Position numbers and translations under genes: made by a program. DNA of 64,000 bases from Candidatus Kaiserbacteria bacterium RIFCSPHIGHO2_01_FULL_53_29 (GTDB lineage: Bacteria; Patescibacteriota; Minisyncoccia; Phycocordibacterales; UBA2100): positions 126,840 to 190,839 of the forward strand of contig MFKT01000009.1 in assembly GCA_001781125.1 (NCBI GenBank), read 5' to 3'. The notes under the pieces were generated by a model. It was not told the origin of the DNA, searched no databases, and worked only from the letters and a program-made list of their open reading frames with translations. Numbering within the stretch: position 1 is the stretch's first letter; the number at the start of each line of letters is the position of its first letter. Shown here in pieces: positions 58,701 to 64,000 of this stretch.

Positions 58701-61700
58701 GCTGAGCGAAGTGAGTCGCAAGAGACTGCTTCCGGAAGTCGTGTAGTTGAGAGTGATGGAGTCGAGGACGGGCGTGTCGGAGCCGCCGCTAAAGATGACG
58801 CGGTAGTAGAAGTTGCTGCCGGTCCACGCGAGCGTGGAGAGCGAGACAGAGTTGCTCCCGACCGAGAGCGTGGTCGAAGCATTTGTAGTGCCCGCGGCAC
58901 TCTTCCACGTGCTGTTGTCCTGTGAGAACTGCACGCTCGCCCATGTGCCTGAGGGCAGCGCGGAGAGGGTGTAGTCGAGGGAGTCTATTGAAGAGACCGT
59001 ACCGCCCTCCGAGGAGAGGAGGTTGGTGGAGGTGGTGGTGCCGACGGACTTGTATGCGCCTGCTTCCACGGACCTGGAATATTGATAGACCGTGTCGTTT
59101 CCGATACCAACGATGTACATTTTCGAGCCGTCCGTCTTGAAGGCCATTCCGTACGGCTGGCTTTCTTGCGCTGCCACGCTCTTGGAGTCTGAGTCGTACG
59201 TTGCCGTGGAAATATCCCATGCGGTTGACAATGTATATTGGTAGACGGAGTCGCCCGTTGTATTGCCGAGCACATACATTTTCGTACCGGCCGATGAGAA
59301 CTCTACTTTATAGGGTTCACCGGTTTGAGACGATACGCTCTTTGATACCGAGTCGTACGATGCGGTCGAGACGTCCCAGGCAGAGGAAAGAGAATACTGC
59401 CAGACGCGCCCCCCAGTAATACCGATGACGTACATTTTTGTGCCGTCCGTCTTGAATGTTACGCCCACGGGATAAGTCTCTTGAGCACTGACGCTTTTAG
59501 ATTTTGATGCGTACGTGGCTGTAGAGACGTCCCACGGCGTAGAGAGTGTGTATTGATACACCGTGTCGTTCACGACACCCACGAGGTACATCTTTGATCC
59601 GTCGGTGCTGAATGCCATGCCGTACGGATCAGACTCCTGCGAACTAGCGGAGACACTCTTGTTGGCGTAGGAAGCTGACGAAACGACCCAGGCGGAAGAA
59701 AGCGTGTATTGAAAAACCGTATCGTCCGATCCATTGGCGAACCTAAGCGCATACATCTTGGTGCCATCGTCGTTAAAATTGACGGCTACAGGAAAGTCAG
59801 ATATTTGTTCACTTAAACTTTTGGATACGCTGTCGTATGAGAATTCGCTCACGTTGTTAGTATTGAGGGAGAGCGTCACCTGCCCACCACTCACGGTGGT
59901 CTGTGTCGCCGAGTCGATCTTGCTCGAATCGGCGTACGAGTCGGAATTGGTACTCGAGCCTCCCCCGCCGGTGATGTCGAGGGGTGTGAGGCTTGAGCTG
60001 GTCGCTGCGAGAGAAAGGAGGGAGCCCGGAGTGGTGGAGCCGATACCGAGGCGTGTGCCGTCGAAGACGAATCCGGAATTTGATGAGAGCGTCGTCGAGT
60101 CAGAAAAGAATGCGACGCGACTCGCAGCTCCCGAGCCGCCGACGCCGCCGAGGCCCGTGGCGGACAAACAAGTACCACTAATAGAGAAACATCCTCCCGC
60201 GAGGTCAATGCCTCTTGCAAATGTGGAAGTGGCGGCTGTGCCCGTGATGTTGAGGTACGGACTCTGGATGCCGGAAGAGAACGTGCTCGTAGCAGAACCA
60301 TTGAGATAGATGGAGCCGGTGCCGACCTTGAGCCCGCCCGCGATCTCGACATTCCCAGCGAAGGTCGACGAGGCCGAAGTCCCCTGGACGATGAGCGCTT
60401 GCGTCGTCGTCGCGCCGCCGTACACCGTGAGCCCGGTGGTTTGTCCGCCGCCGCCGATAGTTGAACTTGCTGTTGAAATGAGCCCGGCGAGCGTGGAGAG
60501 ACCGGAGACACCGAGTGTCGAGCTGATCGTCTGCGCGCCGGTAAGCGCGAGCGTCGAGCCGTCGAACGTGAGGTTGGACGATGATGTCAGGCTATCGGCA
60601 TCCGAGTAGTACGCGAGACGATTGGCCGCACCTGCCCCATCGAGGCCGCCGAGTCCTGTGGCAGAAAGACACGCGCCCGAGATGGAGAAACATCCGCCCG
60701 CCAGATCGATGCCGCGGGCGAAGGTGGAGGTGGCGGCGGTGCCCGTGATGTTGAGATACGGACTCTGAATGCCTGCGGCAAATGTTGAAGTCGCACTCGT
60801 CGAAGTGGCGGTGATGTAGTTGACCGTCGGGCTCGTCGAAGCCGCAAGCGCGCCCGTGCCGCCGCTCGAGTAGAGCCAGCCTTGACCGAAAGTTGCTGCG
60901 CCCGTGCCGCCGCTTGCAACGCCGAGCGTTCCGGAGATAGTAGAGAGCGTCGTCGATGCGGTCCATGTCGGGATTCCATTGAGATACGCGAGAATGTATC
61001 CGGCAGTACCGGTCGTCGTCGTTGAAAGCGCGCCGGTGCCGTTGCCGTATGGAATTGCGCTTGCAGCGATGTTGGCCCATCCCGTGCCACCGTTTGCGAT
61101 CGGAAGAATTCCCGTCACGTCGCTCGCGAGGTCGACAAGCGCTGTCGTCACCGCTCCCGCGACCGCTTTCAAGAATCCGGTGACGTTGGAAAAGGTAAAC
61201 GAATTGGATGCGACGAGAGCCGAGGTCGAGGCGGTGCCTGTGACGCCGAGATTGGTGCTCGTCGCGTTGACAAGCGTGGTTGCACCGGTAACCCCGAGCG
61301 TGCCCGCGACGGAAAGATTCCCCGCGGAGTCGATGGTGGTCGTCGCTGTGCCGCCGAAGTAGGCGGTGCCGAAGTTAGAGAAATTGGTTGAAGACGCACC
61401 AGCAGAAAAGATCTGAAGTGCAGTCCATGTGTTGGCTGCGGAGAGGCTGGCGCCCGCGCCTCCAGCTGATATGCACGTGCCGTCTATCGCGAAGCAGCCG
61501 TCCGCAATATCGATGCCGTTGGCAAAGCTCGAGGTCGCGGTGCCTGACACCGTGAGCGCGTTCGTCGATGCCCCGGCGGAAAACGTTTGAAGGGCCGACC
61601 ACGTGTTGGCGTTCGTCGTGTCGAGTGTGATCGTGCCATCGCTCGTTATCGTGCCGCCTGCGAGACCAGTGCCCGCAGTGATGGATGAGATGCCGCTATT

Positions 61701-62771
61701 GCCACCGCCGCTACTTCGAATGATCGTGGTGGTCTGCGTCGTCGTGGCTACCGAAATGATCGGACGATTGGCGGAGCCTGTTATCACGACGTTCTCGCCC
61801 GCTTGGATCCCATTGACGACATTGGATGCAAATATCTTGCCGCTTCCGAGGTCTATATCCGCTCCGCGTGTCGATATCCCACCCAAGGCGGAAACTGCGT
61901 TATAAAATGTTGACGCGCCGTTGAATGTACTCGCACCACCAAAAGTGCTTTGGCCGCTCGCAGTAAATGACCCTACCCGAACGAGTTGCGCGAATGACGA
62001 AGGCCCGCTGACGATGAGTGATTCAGAGAGGCGAAGCGGGACATTCATAGCTATGGATCCGGGAAGAACGATGTCGGGGCGCGCAACAGTCGTTCCGCCA
62101 ATGGTCTGCAACGAAGAGGCGCTGCGGGTCGTGCCTACGGGAGTGGAGCTGTCGCGAGAGGGGGTCAGCGTATCACCACCTTGGGCAAGGTGCGCCGCCG
62201 CGGCCTGCCTCCGCACATTTTCAGAAATAGGAAGATGGAGTGTCTGTGCAACTGTGGCGGATATTTTGATAGTCCCGGCCCTGAGGTGTGTTACCGTGTT
62301 GCGCGCAAATTCCTCTAGTTGCTTCGGCTGCACAAACGCATATGCGCTACCCGCAAGAGCAAAAAGACCCGAGAGTATGACGACAGCGGCAACTCGCGGC
62401 ATTGGAAGATACAGGAGTGTGCGTACTTTTGTATCCACACCATCGAGAGCCGCGATCGGAGATACGCCGGGAGTCTGTGGGAGCGGCACTCCTGATGAAG
62501 GATCAGTATTCGCTTCTCTCGTGTGCTCCTGATACTCCCGAATACGCTCCTTCCGAAGCACTTCAGCACTCTCAACTTTCAGCGCACTCTGGCCCTGCAG
62601 AAATTCTTTCAAAGAAGATCCGTCGACATACCATGTTTTGCCGATCGGTTTTCCGCGAACCTTTCCGGTTCGGCAAAGACGAGTAACATGGTCGCGCGTA
62701 ACGCCGGCAGCGTCCGCCGCAGCTTGCGCCGAAATACATATCGAACCGTCAATGAAAATGTGATCGGTCAT
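46728..62771 (-). CDS. Giant (5347 aa) multi-repeat surface protein: N-terminal HTH + TM helix, fibre-like Gly/Thr/Ser-rich repeats, Kelch and LVIVD beta-propellers, four ~500-aa tandem super-repeats, C-terminal tail-spike-type intramolecular chaperone (peptidase S74) domain and PE/PA-rich tail
   Basis: A single uninterrupted 16,044-nt ORF. N-terminal HTH: TRDHVTRLCRTGKVRGKPIGKTWYVDGSSLKEFL. TM helix: VAAVVILSGLFALAGSAYAFV. The motif PYLNITGTAATSTFARGIDLAGGCFSISG occurs about ten times. Kelch-like blades: GDYVYLFGG...VIYRAPVSNP. LVIVD blades: GRYAYxAD...GFEIWDVSNPxxP. Repeated blades ALAALSPNRVAFIDxTNDSLRVYEFNGSxWSQVG. C-terminal ...TGTITDVSDERLKENISSLG...LNPVSF... is the endosialidase/tail-fibre chaperone signature. 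The final ~100 aa are Pro/Glu/Ala-rich. Confidence 0.85.
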   Translation of the reverse strand: MTDHIFIDGSICISAQAAADAAGVTRDHVTRLCRTGKVRGKPIGKTWYVDGSSLKEFLQGQSALKVESAEVLRKERIREYQEHTREANTDPSSGVPLPQTPGVSPIAALDGVDTKVRTLLYLPMPRVAAVVILSGLFALAGSAYAFVQPKQLEEFARNTVTHLRAGTIKISATVAQTLHLPISENVRRQAAAAHLAQGGDTLTPSRDSSTPVGTTRSASSLQTIGGTTVARPDIVLPGSIAMNVPLRLSESLIVSGPSSFAQLVRVGSFTASGQSTFGGASTFNGASTFYNAVSALGGISTRGADIDLGSGKIFASNVVNGIQAGENVVITGSANRPIISVATTTQTTTIIRSSGGGNSGISSITAGTGLAGGTITSDGTITLDTTNANTWSALQTFSAGASTNALTVSGTATSSFANGIDIADGCFAIDGTCISAGGAGASLSAANTWTALQIFSAGASSTNFSNFGTAYFGGTATTTIDSAGNLSVAGTLGVTGATTLVNATSTNLGVTGTASTSALVASNSFTFSNVTGFLKAVAGAVTTALVDLASDVTGILPIANGGTGWANIAASAIPYGNGTGALSTTTTGTAGYILAYLNGIPTWTASTTLSTISGTLGVASGGTGAATFGQGWLYSSGGTGALAASTSPTVNYITATSTSATSTFAAGIQSPYLNITGTAATSTFARGIDLAGGCFSISGACLSATGLGGLDGAGAANRLAYYSDADSLTSSSNLTFDGSTLALTGAQTISSTLGVSGLSTLAGLISTASSTIGGGGQTTGLTVYGGATTTQALIVQGTSASSTFAGNVEIAGGLKVGTGSIYLNGSATSTFSSGIQSPYLNITGTAATSTFARGIDLAGGCFSISGTCLSATGLGGVGGSGAASRVAFFSDSTTLSSNSGFVFDGTRLGIGSTTPGSLLSLAATSSSLTPLDITGGGGSSTNSDSYADSSKIDSATQTTVSGGQVTLSLNTNNVSEFSYDSVSKSLSEQISDFPVAVNFNDDGTKMYALRFANGSDDTVFQYTLSSAWVVSSASYANKSVSASSQESDPYGMAFSTDGSKMYLVGVVNDTVYQYTLSTPWDVSTATYASKSKSVSAQETYPVGVTFKTDGTKMYVIGITGGRVWQYSLSSAWDVSTASYDSVSKSVSSQTGEPYKVEFSSAGTKMYVLGNTTGDSVYQYTLSTAWDISTATYDSDSKSVAAQESQPYGMAFKTDGSKMYIVGIGNDTVYQYSRSVEAGAYKSVGTTTSTNLLSSEGGTVSSIDSLDYTLSALPSGTWASVQFSQDNSTWKSAAGTTNASTTLSVGSNSVSLSTLAWTGSNFYYRVIFSGGSDTPVLDSITLNYTTSGSSLLRLTSLSSGGKLGLGTSTPYSKLTVWGPSSGNIFEAVTSASTTALHIDSSGSTYLPSGIWKSTGQVGIGTTTPFFSLTIASSTGPQFALGDGTNNSWTFRNAGGSFFLATSTYSATSTVAAAAISASTGAFTFGSPATTTFTGGIESPYLNITGTAATSTFARGIDLAGGCFSISGSCLSATGLGGLDGAGAANRLAYYSDADSLTSSSNLTFDGSTLALTGAQTISSTLGVSGLSTFAGLISTASSTIGGGTQTTGLTIYGGATTTGNLIVQGSGTSTFSNGLSSTYLNITGTAATSTFARGIDLAGGCYSISGTCLSAAGLGGIGGSGTANQLAYFSAGSTLTSSSTLTFTSAGSLGIGTTTPYASTTLAVYGNIHLDGGSRYLNFGGAYGAGAQGYGLRENGGMLEFRNAYASTTALSSNWTALSMVSQVRYQFDPGSWVDTGSTLPSTLAYSKLAVIGDYIYLFGGRTTGNGHTNVIYRAPLSNPTSWSDTGATLPGNLSHSNISVIGDYVYLFGGFNGTSVTNVIYRAPVSNPTSWSDTGATLPDSIEGSSIATIGNYVYFFGGDQGSNGLTSIYRAPVSNPTAWSNTSATLPGGLAYSSVVTIGDYVYLLGGYGSDFTNVIYRAPVSNPLSWSNTGAVLPGNLGASSVLIAGDYIYLFGGQGSKVIYRAPVSDPTNWDDTGKSLPGVLGYSPLAVIGENVFLFGGLGGGGGLSDVIYRAPISSTANQNKNWTQRANSPEVWTYASTTNSNIFTTGRSVGIGTTTPSSVLTVASSTGPQIALADGTNNAWTFRNAGGSFFLATSTYSATSTVAAAAISGTSGAFTFGSPATTTFTGGIESPYLNITGTAATSTFARGIDLAGGCFSISGSCLIAGDSLPSGTAGQTLSYVDTTLTATSSLFISTAGKVGIGTALPNKKLHISDNSDGTILIQTSSVTTGVTAQLLFEVSDVTTDTNRKGGIFFERRAPGGLGTLHLATNNAADSSNITLSDARLSITSAGNVGIGTTTPGGNFVVNGTTGSNLFQIASSTNQGILTVNANGYLGVGTTTPGSLFSVASAAQFYSGATSTIYNGLNTPYLNITGTAATSTFARGIDLAGGCFSISGSCLTAGDSLPTGTAGQTLSYVGTTLTATSTLYIDTTSRVGIGSTTPYAKFSIQASNGETNSMLFQIASSTLSNTANLNLFSINNTGQVIIGGTASSTIAQLSVMAGTTTARRVGQGTLNTNGFGIYVQGRYAYLVDLGTTNAFEIWDVSNPESPIRLSSNTLNGSGVSIQVQGNYAYIADLTATNGFEIWDVSNPSAPIRVSQNTLNQTGRNIYVQGRYAYLSDNVATDGFEIWDVSNPAAPVRVSASTAGVTGSIRVQGKYAYLAGSNQSTFEIWDVSNPAAPFRVSSNTKNSCCSAIYIQGRYAYITNQSTDFEIWDVSNPALPTRISLSTIPGGSEGLFVQGRYAYIANISAANGFQIWDVSNPAAPVRVATYNLNNAGRGVFVQGRYAYFADTGTSNSFEVWDLGGAYVQQLEAGGIEAGTLSLRNNLFASDGDFRGGLTVGNSLLVTGSGSFLSSSSTIGTTANIFNIATASSTNSILSVLGNSKVGIGTTTPNWTLTSSNSSGPQFALGDGTNNSWTFRNAGGSFFLATSTYSATSSVAAAAISGTSGAFTFGSPATTTFTGGIESPYLNITGTSATSTFARGIDLAGGCFSVSGTCLTAGDSLPSGTAGQTLSYVGTTLTATSSTYLSPNGNFGIGSNASTTGRLTVSSAGLAQTWEQVGSGLTVSSAGAPALAALSPNRVALFENNNNVLATYEWNGAGWAQLGVSHPITTSATAALAALSPNRVAFIEGTNDTLRVYEFSATSTWSTVGSGLTIGSVGTPALAGLSPNRIALIDSTSDKLSTYEFNGSTWSEIASTSISSVGTPALATISPNRVAFIDDSNASLRMYELNGTVWSQIGTGLAISDVGVPTLTALSPTRVAFIDATNDSLRVYEWNGSSWAQVGNSLSIATVAIPALAALSPNRVAFIDVTNDSLRTYQFSSPLLHIGNSSDYPYLTVSDAGLTSAEALNVRTELRIGQSATSTAASSTPALTVDGRAVFSSNVGIGTSTPWGRLSIDVSGNNTQPSLFIGSTTAAHLIVTNTGNVGIGTTTPSSLFSINGSANFFASATSTIYNGLETPYLNITGSSASSTFANGIDLSGGCFALNGSCLTEGSGTITSGTQGYFPFYENTGTALTATSSLYLSTAGKVGIGVTASTTGRLTISSAGLAQTWQQIGSGKAISGSGGPTITVLSPNRVAVFENNNNVLKNFEFDGAAWAQVGPSYSISTAAAAAVAALSPNRVAFIDGTNDALRVYELSATSTWSQVGTELAISTVGSPWLTALSPNRVAFIDATNDSLRVYELNGSTWSQVGTGVSFTGMTAAAMTTLSPNRIAFIDDNATSLRVYEFDGSTWIQQGSGLTIASATSPALATLSQNRVAFIDATNDVLQTYEFNGSGWTQVGSNLSISTVAIPALAGMSTNRVAYIDVNNDELRTYQFSSPLLHIGNSADYPYLTVSDAGHTMAEEMSVRTTLRIGQSATSTAASSTPSLTVDGRALFSSNVGVGTSTPWGKVSIDPGNGTNPSFLIGSSTATHFIMTSTGNVGIGSSTPASLFSVNGSANFYASATSTIYNGLNTPYLNLTGTSASSTFANGVNISSGCFSVAGTCLMINSGGTVVSGTAGYMPYYQEDGTTLTATSTLYMSASGNFGIGSNASTTGKLTISSAGLAQTWAQVGSGKTVTGAGGPAMAALSPNRVALFENNNNVLAAYEWNGVSWSQLGVSMGITTSAAAAMAELSPNRIAFIDATNDELRVYEFSATSTWSQIGTGLTITSGTPPALAGLSPNRIAFIETTNDQLRTYEFNGSVWNQVGTSTTIGGGVAAAGMAALGPNRIAFLDDANTSLRTYEFNGSTWSQIGSGLTIASATSPALTALSPSRVALIDATNDSLTVYEWNGASWSQVGSSLSISGVAIPALATLSPNRVAYIDVTNDSLRTYQFSSPLLHVGNSIDYPYLTVSDAGYTMAEEMFVRTGLRIGQSATSTAASSTPSLTVDGRAVFSSNVGVGTSTPWGKVSILPSGVGTDPSFYIGSSTTHFIVTNAGNVGIGTTTPGSLFSINASANFYASATSTIYNGLDTPYLNVTGTAATSTFARGIDLAGGCFSISGSCLIAGDSLPSGTAGQTLSYVGTTLTATSSMYLSANGNFGIGSNASTTGRLTISSAGLAQTWAQVGNTLSLSHVYPTIATLSPNSVAFVSGSGSLRKYVFDGASWTQQGSALAITISNQVVGIAALSPSRIAYLDANNDSLRVYEFGVSSWSQIGSGLTVSSIGQTPSLAALAPNRIALLDNDTGVVQAYEFNGSVWSSIGSSITPSGSFSQGAIAALNSNRIAYTDRTLDSLSTYEFNGTTWTKVGSSLALTAYHAAFPALAAMSPNRVAFFHSDHDLLTVYEFNGSTWSQVGSSLTISGIEDTPALAALSPNRVAFIDDFNDSLSTYQFSSPLLHIGNSADYPYLTVSDAGYTMAEEMFVRTGLRIGQSATSTAASSTPSLTVDGRAVFSSNVGIGTSTPWGRLSILPSGVDTSPSFYIGSSTTHLIVTNAGNVGIAMTDPSVALDVTGDIEYTGTITDVSDERLKENISSLGSSLSKILQLNPVSFNMIGASTTQLGFLAQNVQQYFPNTISIVDPENGYLGLDYTQLIAPAIGAIQELDAKFDALVATTSVAEIVNATTTPREEFATTTPWYAAFADASDGLKSALEGLGGMVVRAYNSAIYAVAGIFDSVYARIFTTDELVFKRGTGDELTVKKLCLEDVCVTREEFKALLDKNGTQSAQSAAAAASGGGSSPVPAPAPEPVPEPTPAPESPPAEEPAGDTPSETPDSPAEEPSADAPVEEAPADTGGGAAEAAPQEASPAPEPAPSPEPAPAPAPAPEPAPEPAPEPAPAPAPEPAPEQIPAPTETP
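47400..53400. repeat. Four tandem ~1.5-kb near-identical intragenic repeats (each ~498 codons) within the giant gene
   Basis: The anchor peptide on the antisense ORF track (M.TPLGRME..PHGVEVP.PTLLEKTARPSTVR.GVEEAAVDVALWPMRRPVRTNISSAIVYPASETVRYG) recurs at 47866, 49360, ~50870 and ~52380, a period of 1494 nt. The corresponding sense-strand peptide is TVDGRAVFSSNVGIGTSTPWGRLSI. Confidence 0.6.
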
Positions 62772-63207
62772 TGTCCTAGAAGTGGCGTCGCCGTGCCGAC
62801 ATACCTATTAGATTAGCAAGGAAGCGTGGATTGCTAGGCAAAACAGTTCCAAAAAATGGGGACAACTATTCAGGCAGAAATGAGTGGGTCCACATGGATA
62901 TCCAGGTGTTGAAAACACGAGCGCACCATCCTACCTGGAAGTCTATCCGAGGGTGTCACTAACCGATGGGACGCCGTTCACCACAATTGGATAGCTGCAT
63001 GCCCGAACCGTGCTGTATGTTCAGAAATAGGGCTCGGGCAGATCTTGAAAAGAAGCACGCAGCCCCTAACAATGGTTTGGCTCTCTTTCCTAGCCGAGAT
63101 GCATCCGAGATACGCAAATAAGCCCTATCTCGGTCACCCTAGATAGCCTCGCGATCTCTTGTGATGGCCGCTATCACACAAGCAGCAATGCCGTCACCTC
63201 GACGTGT

Positions 63208-63561
63208 CTAAGATGTTAGCCCCTTCTGGACATCTTTGGGGTCATTTTTCTTTGAAGTTGCGGCCAAAACTACGTCTGCAAAGATCGAGACAGTGTTTTC
63301 GTGTGCAAAAATGACTGCTTTATCAAATGTATAGTCCTGCGATGCAGCAGCCGACAATACCACCCTAATGGGAGTCGCTATAATAAGCGTAATGAAATTA
63401 GCATGCTCGGGGAGAATGTCGAAGGCTCCTTCAGCATTTTTCGATGAAACCGCCTCCGCGGTGCCCTCCCAGAGTATTGCTTCCGGTGTCAATATCTTGA
63501 CTTGCAGTTGCGCATTAGGAGCGTGGGGCATGCAACAAGTAGGCTTAGAGGAGGCCGGCAC
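63208..63561 (-). CDS. atpC: F0F1 ATP synthase epsilon subunit
   Basis: LQVKILTPEAILWEGTAEAVSSKNAEGAFDILPEHANFITLI is the epsilon beta-sandwich signature. The start is probably an internal Met. Confidence 0.8.
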   Translation of the reverse strand: MPASSKPTCCMPHAPNAQLQVKILTPEAILWEGTAEAVSSKNAEGAFDILPEHANFITLIIATPIRVVLSAAASQDYTFDKAVIFAHENTVSIFADVVLAATSKKNDPKDVQKGLTS

Positions 63562-64000
63562 TCTTCAGGTCTCCTATGAAAAGTAATTTCTCAGGCGATA
63601 CGGAATCGAGGTCTCCGCGCAGGATCGCCTGCACATCACGTACGACATCCGCCAGGCGTACCGTCACACCACCGCGACCCGCTTCGAGCTCCGTCGCGTA
63701 GAGCGGCTGTGTCATGTAGTGAAGGATCCGCTCCGCACGCTGATACGTCTGTTGATTTTGTGCGGAGAGCTCTTCTTCTCCCACCACGGACACCACCCGC
63801 GCCAAACGATCGTATTGATTGAGCACCCCCATCGCTTCGATGACCGTCTGGTAGTGATCCTCACCGATGATCTGCGGATTGATCGCGTCCGACATAGAGC
63901 GGAACGGATCTATCGCGGGGTGCCAGCCACGCTGTGTAAAATCGCGGGAAAGGATGATGACCGCGTCCATGTGCGCGATTGCCGCGGTTACTGCAGGGTT
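63545..64000 (-). CDS. atpD: F0F1 ATP synthase beta subunit, C-terminal part (5' end beyond window)
   Basis: ...ILSRDFTQRGWHPAIDPFRSMSDAINPQIIGEDHYQ... is the conserved C-terminal region of F1 beta. The ORF is open to the window edge. Confidence 0.85.
   Translation of the reverse strand, partial: NPAVTAAIAHMDAVIILSRDFTQRGWHPAIDPFRSMSDAINPQIIGEDHYQTVIEAMGVLNQYDRLARVVSVVGEEELSAQNQQTYQRAERILHYMTQPLYATELEAGRGGVTVRLADVVRDVQAILRGDLDSVSPEKLLFIGDLKSAGLL

Noticed and set aside
47400-60800. Possibility that the regular repeats are a CRISPR array or satellite DNA
   Set aside because: The repeat units are 1.5 kb or ~100-aa protein motifs inside one continuous ORF. There are no short direct repeats with unique spacers and no cas genes.
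46755-62686. Dozens of 60-250-aa ORFs on both strands inside the giant gene (e.g. 52618..53250, 50823..51443, 55898..56593, 57341..58030, 59891..60511)
   Set aside because: These are alternative-frame or antisense echoes of a GC-rich, highly repetitive coding sequence. Their Arg/Pro/Ala-rich compositions and their recurrence at the repeat period are what frame-shifted readings of the real repeats would give.
62772-63207. tRNA or small RNA in the 437-bp gap upstream of the giant gene
   Set aside because: No cloverleaf-compatible segment and no GTTCGAATCC-type T-arm motif are visible. It is more likely the promoter/leader of the giant gene.

Overview
This is a 64 kb window of bacterial chromosome. 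It is coding-dense, almost everything runs on the minus strand, and I found no rRNA, tRNA or CRISPR array. Nothing below was confirmed by database search; all calls rest on motifs read from the ORF translations.

The window has four parts.

(1) Positions 1 to about 27 kb form a surface-glycan biosynthesis island. It starts with a nonulosonic-acid module (pseudaminic/legionaminic-acid type): a PseC-like aminotransferase, a PseB-like 4,6-dehydratase, a WbpG/PseA-type amidotransferase with HisH- and HisF-like partners, a Pse-associated methylase, two CMP-sugar cytidylyltransferases, a KpsS/KpsC-like putative transferase and a Gfo/Idh/MocA oxidoreductase. These are followed by an MsbA/PglK-like ABC exporter and at least seven GT4 glycosyltransferases. 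One of these is a tandem double GT4, and another carries a truncated UDP-glucose-dehydrogenase-like N-terminus. The island also holds a divergent FdtA/FdtB dTDP-3-amino-sugar pair, an RmlB-like dehydratase, a UDP-GlcA 4-epimerase and a GalE-like epimerase.

(2) Positions 27 to 45 kb carry envelope and housekeeping genes: a membrane-anchored lamin-tail-domain protein; a VirD4/TraG-like ATPase with a long disordered tail; an L,D-transpeptidase fused to a D,D-carboxypeptidase; rsmI; an ArsR-family regulator with a perfect 22-bp palindromic operator; murC; a DUF47/PiT phosphate transporter pair; an unusual fusion of a PP-loop ATPase domain to MurD; nrdAB; and a CofE-like protein.

(3) Positions 45.2 to 46.7 kb hold two small toxin-antitoxin cassettes and a degenerate copy of the 3' end of the giant gene.

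(4) Positions 46.7 to 62.8 kb are a single 16 kb gene encoding a 5347-aa protein. From N- to C-terminus it has an excisionase-like helix-turn-helix, one transmembrane helix, Gly/Thr/Ser-rich fibre-like repeats, Kelch-type and LVIVD-type beta-propellers, about ten copies of a Cys-containing PYLNITGTAATSTFARGIDLAGGCFSISG motif, and four near-identical 1.5 kb tandem super-repeats. It ends in a phage tail-spike-type intramolecular-chaperone (peptidase S74, SDERLKENI) domain followed by a Pro/Glu/Ala-rich tail. This looks like a giant adhesin/fibre, and it is the main candidate for an undescribed system.

The window ends with atpC and a partial atpD.

The gene content (LTD protein, giant surface protein, TraG-like ATPase, minimal peptidoglycan gene set) is reminiscent of CPR/Patescibacteria-like or other uncultured lineages, but the sequence alone cannot show that.
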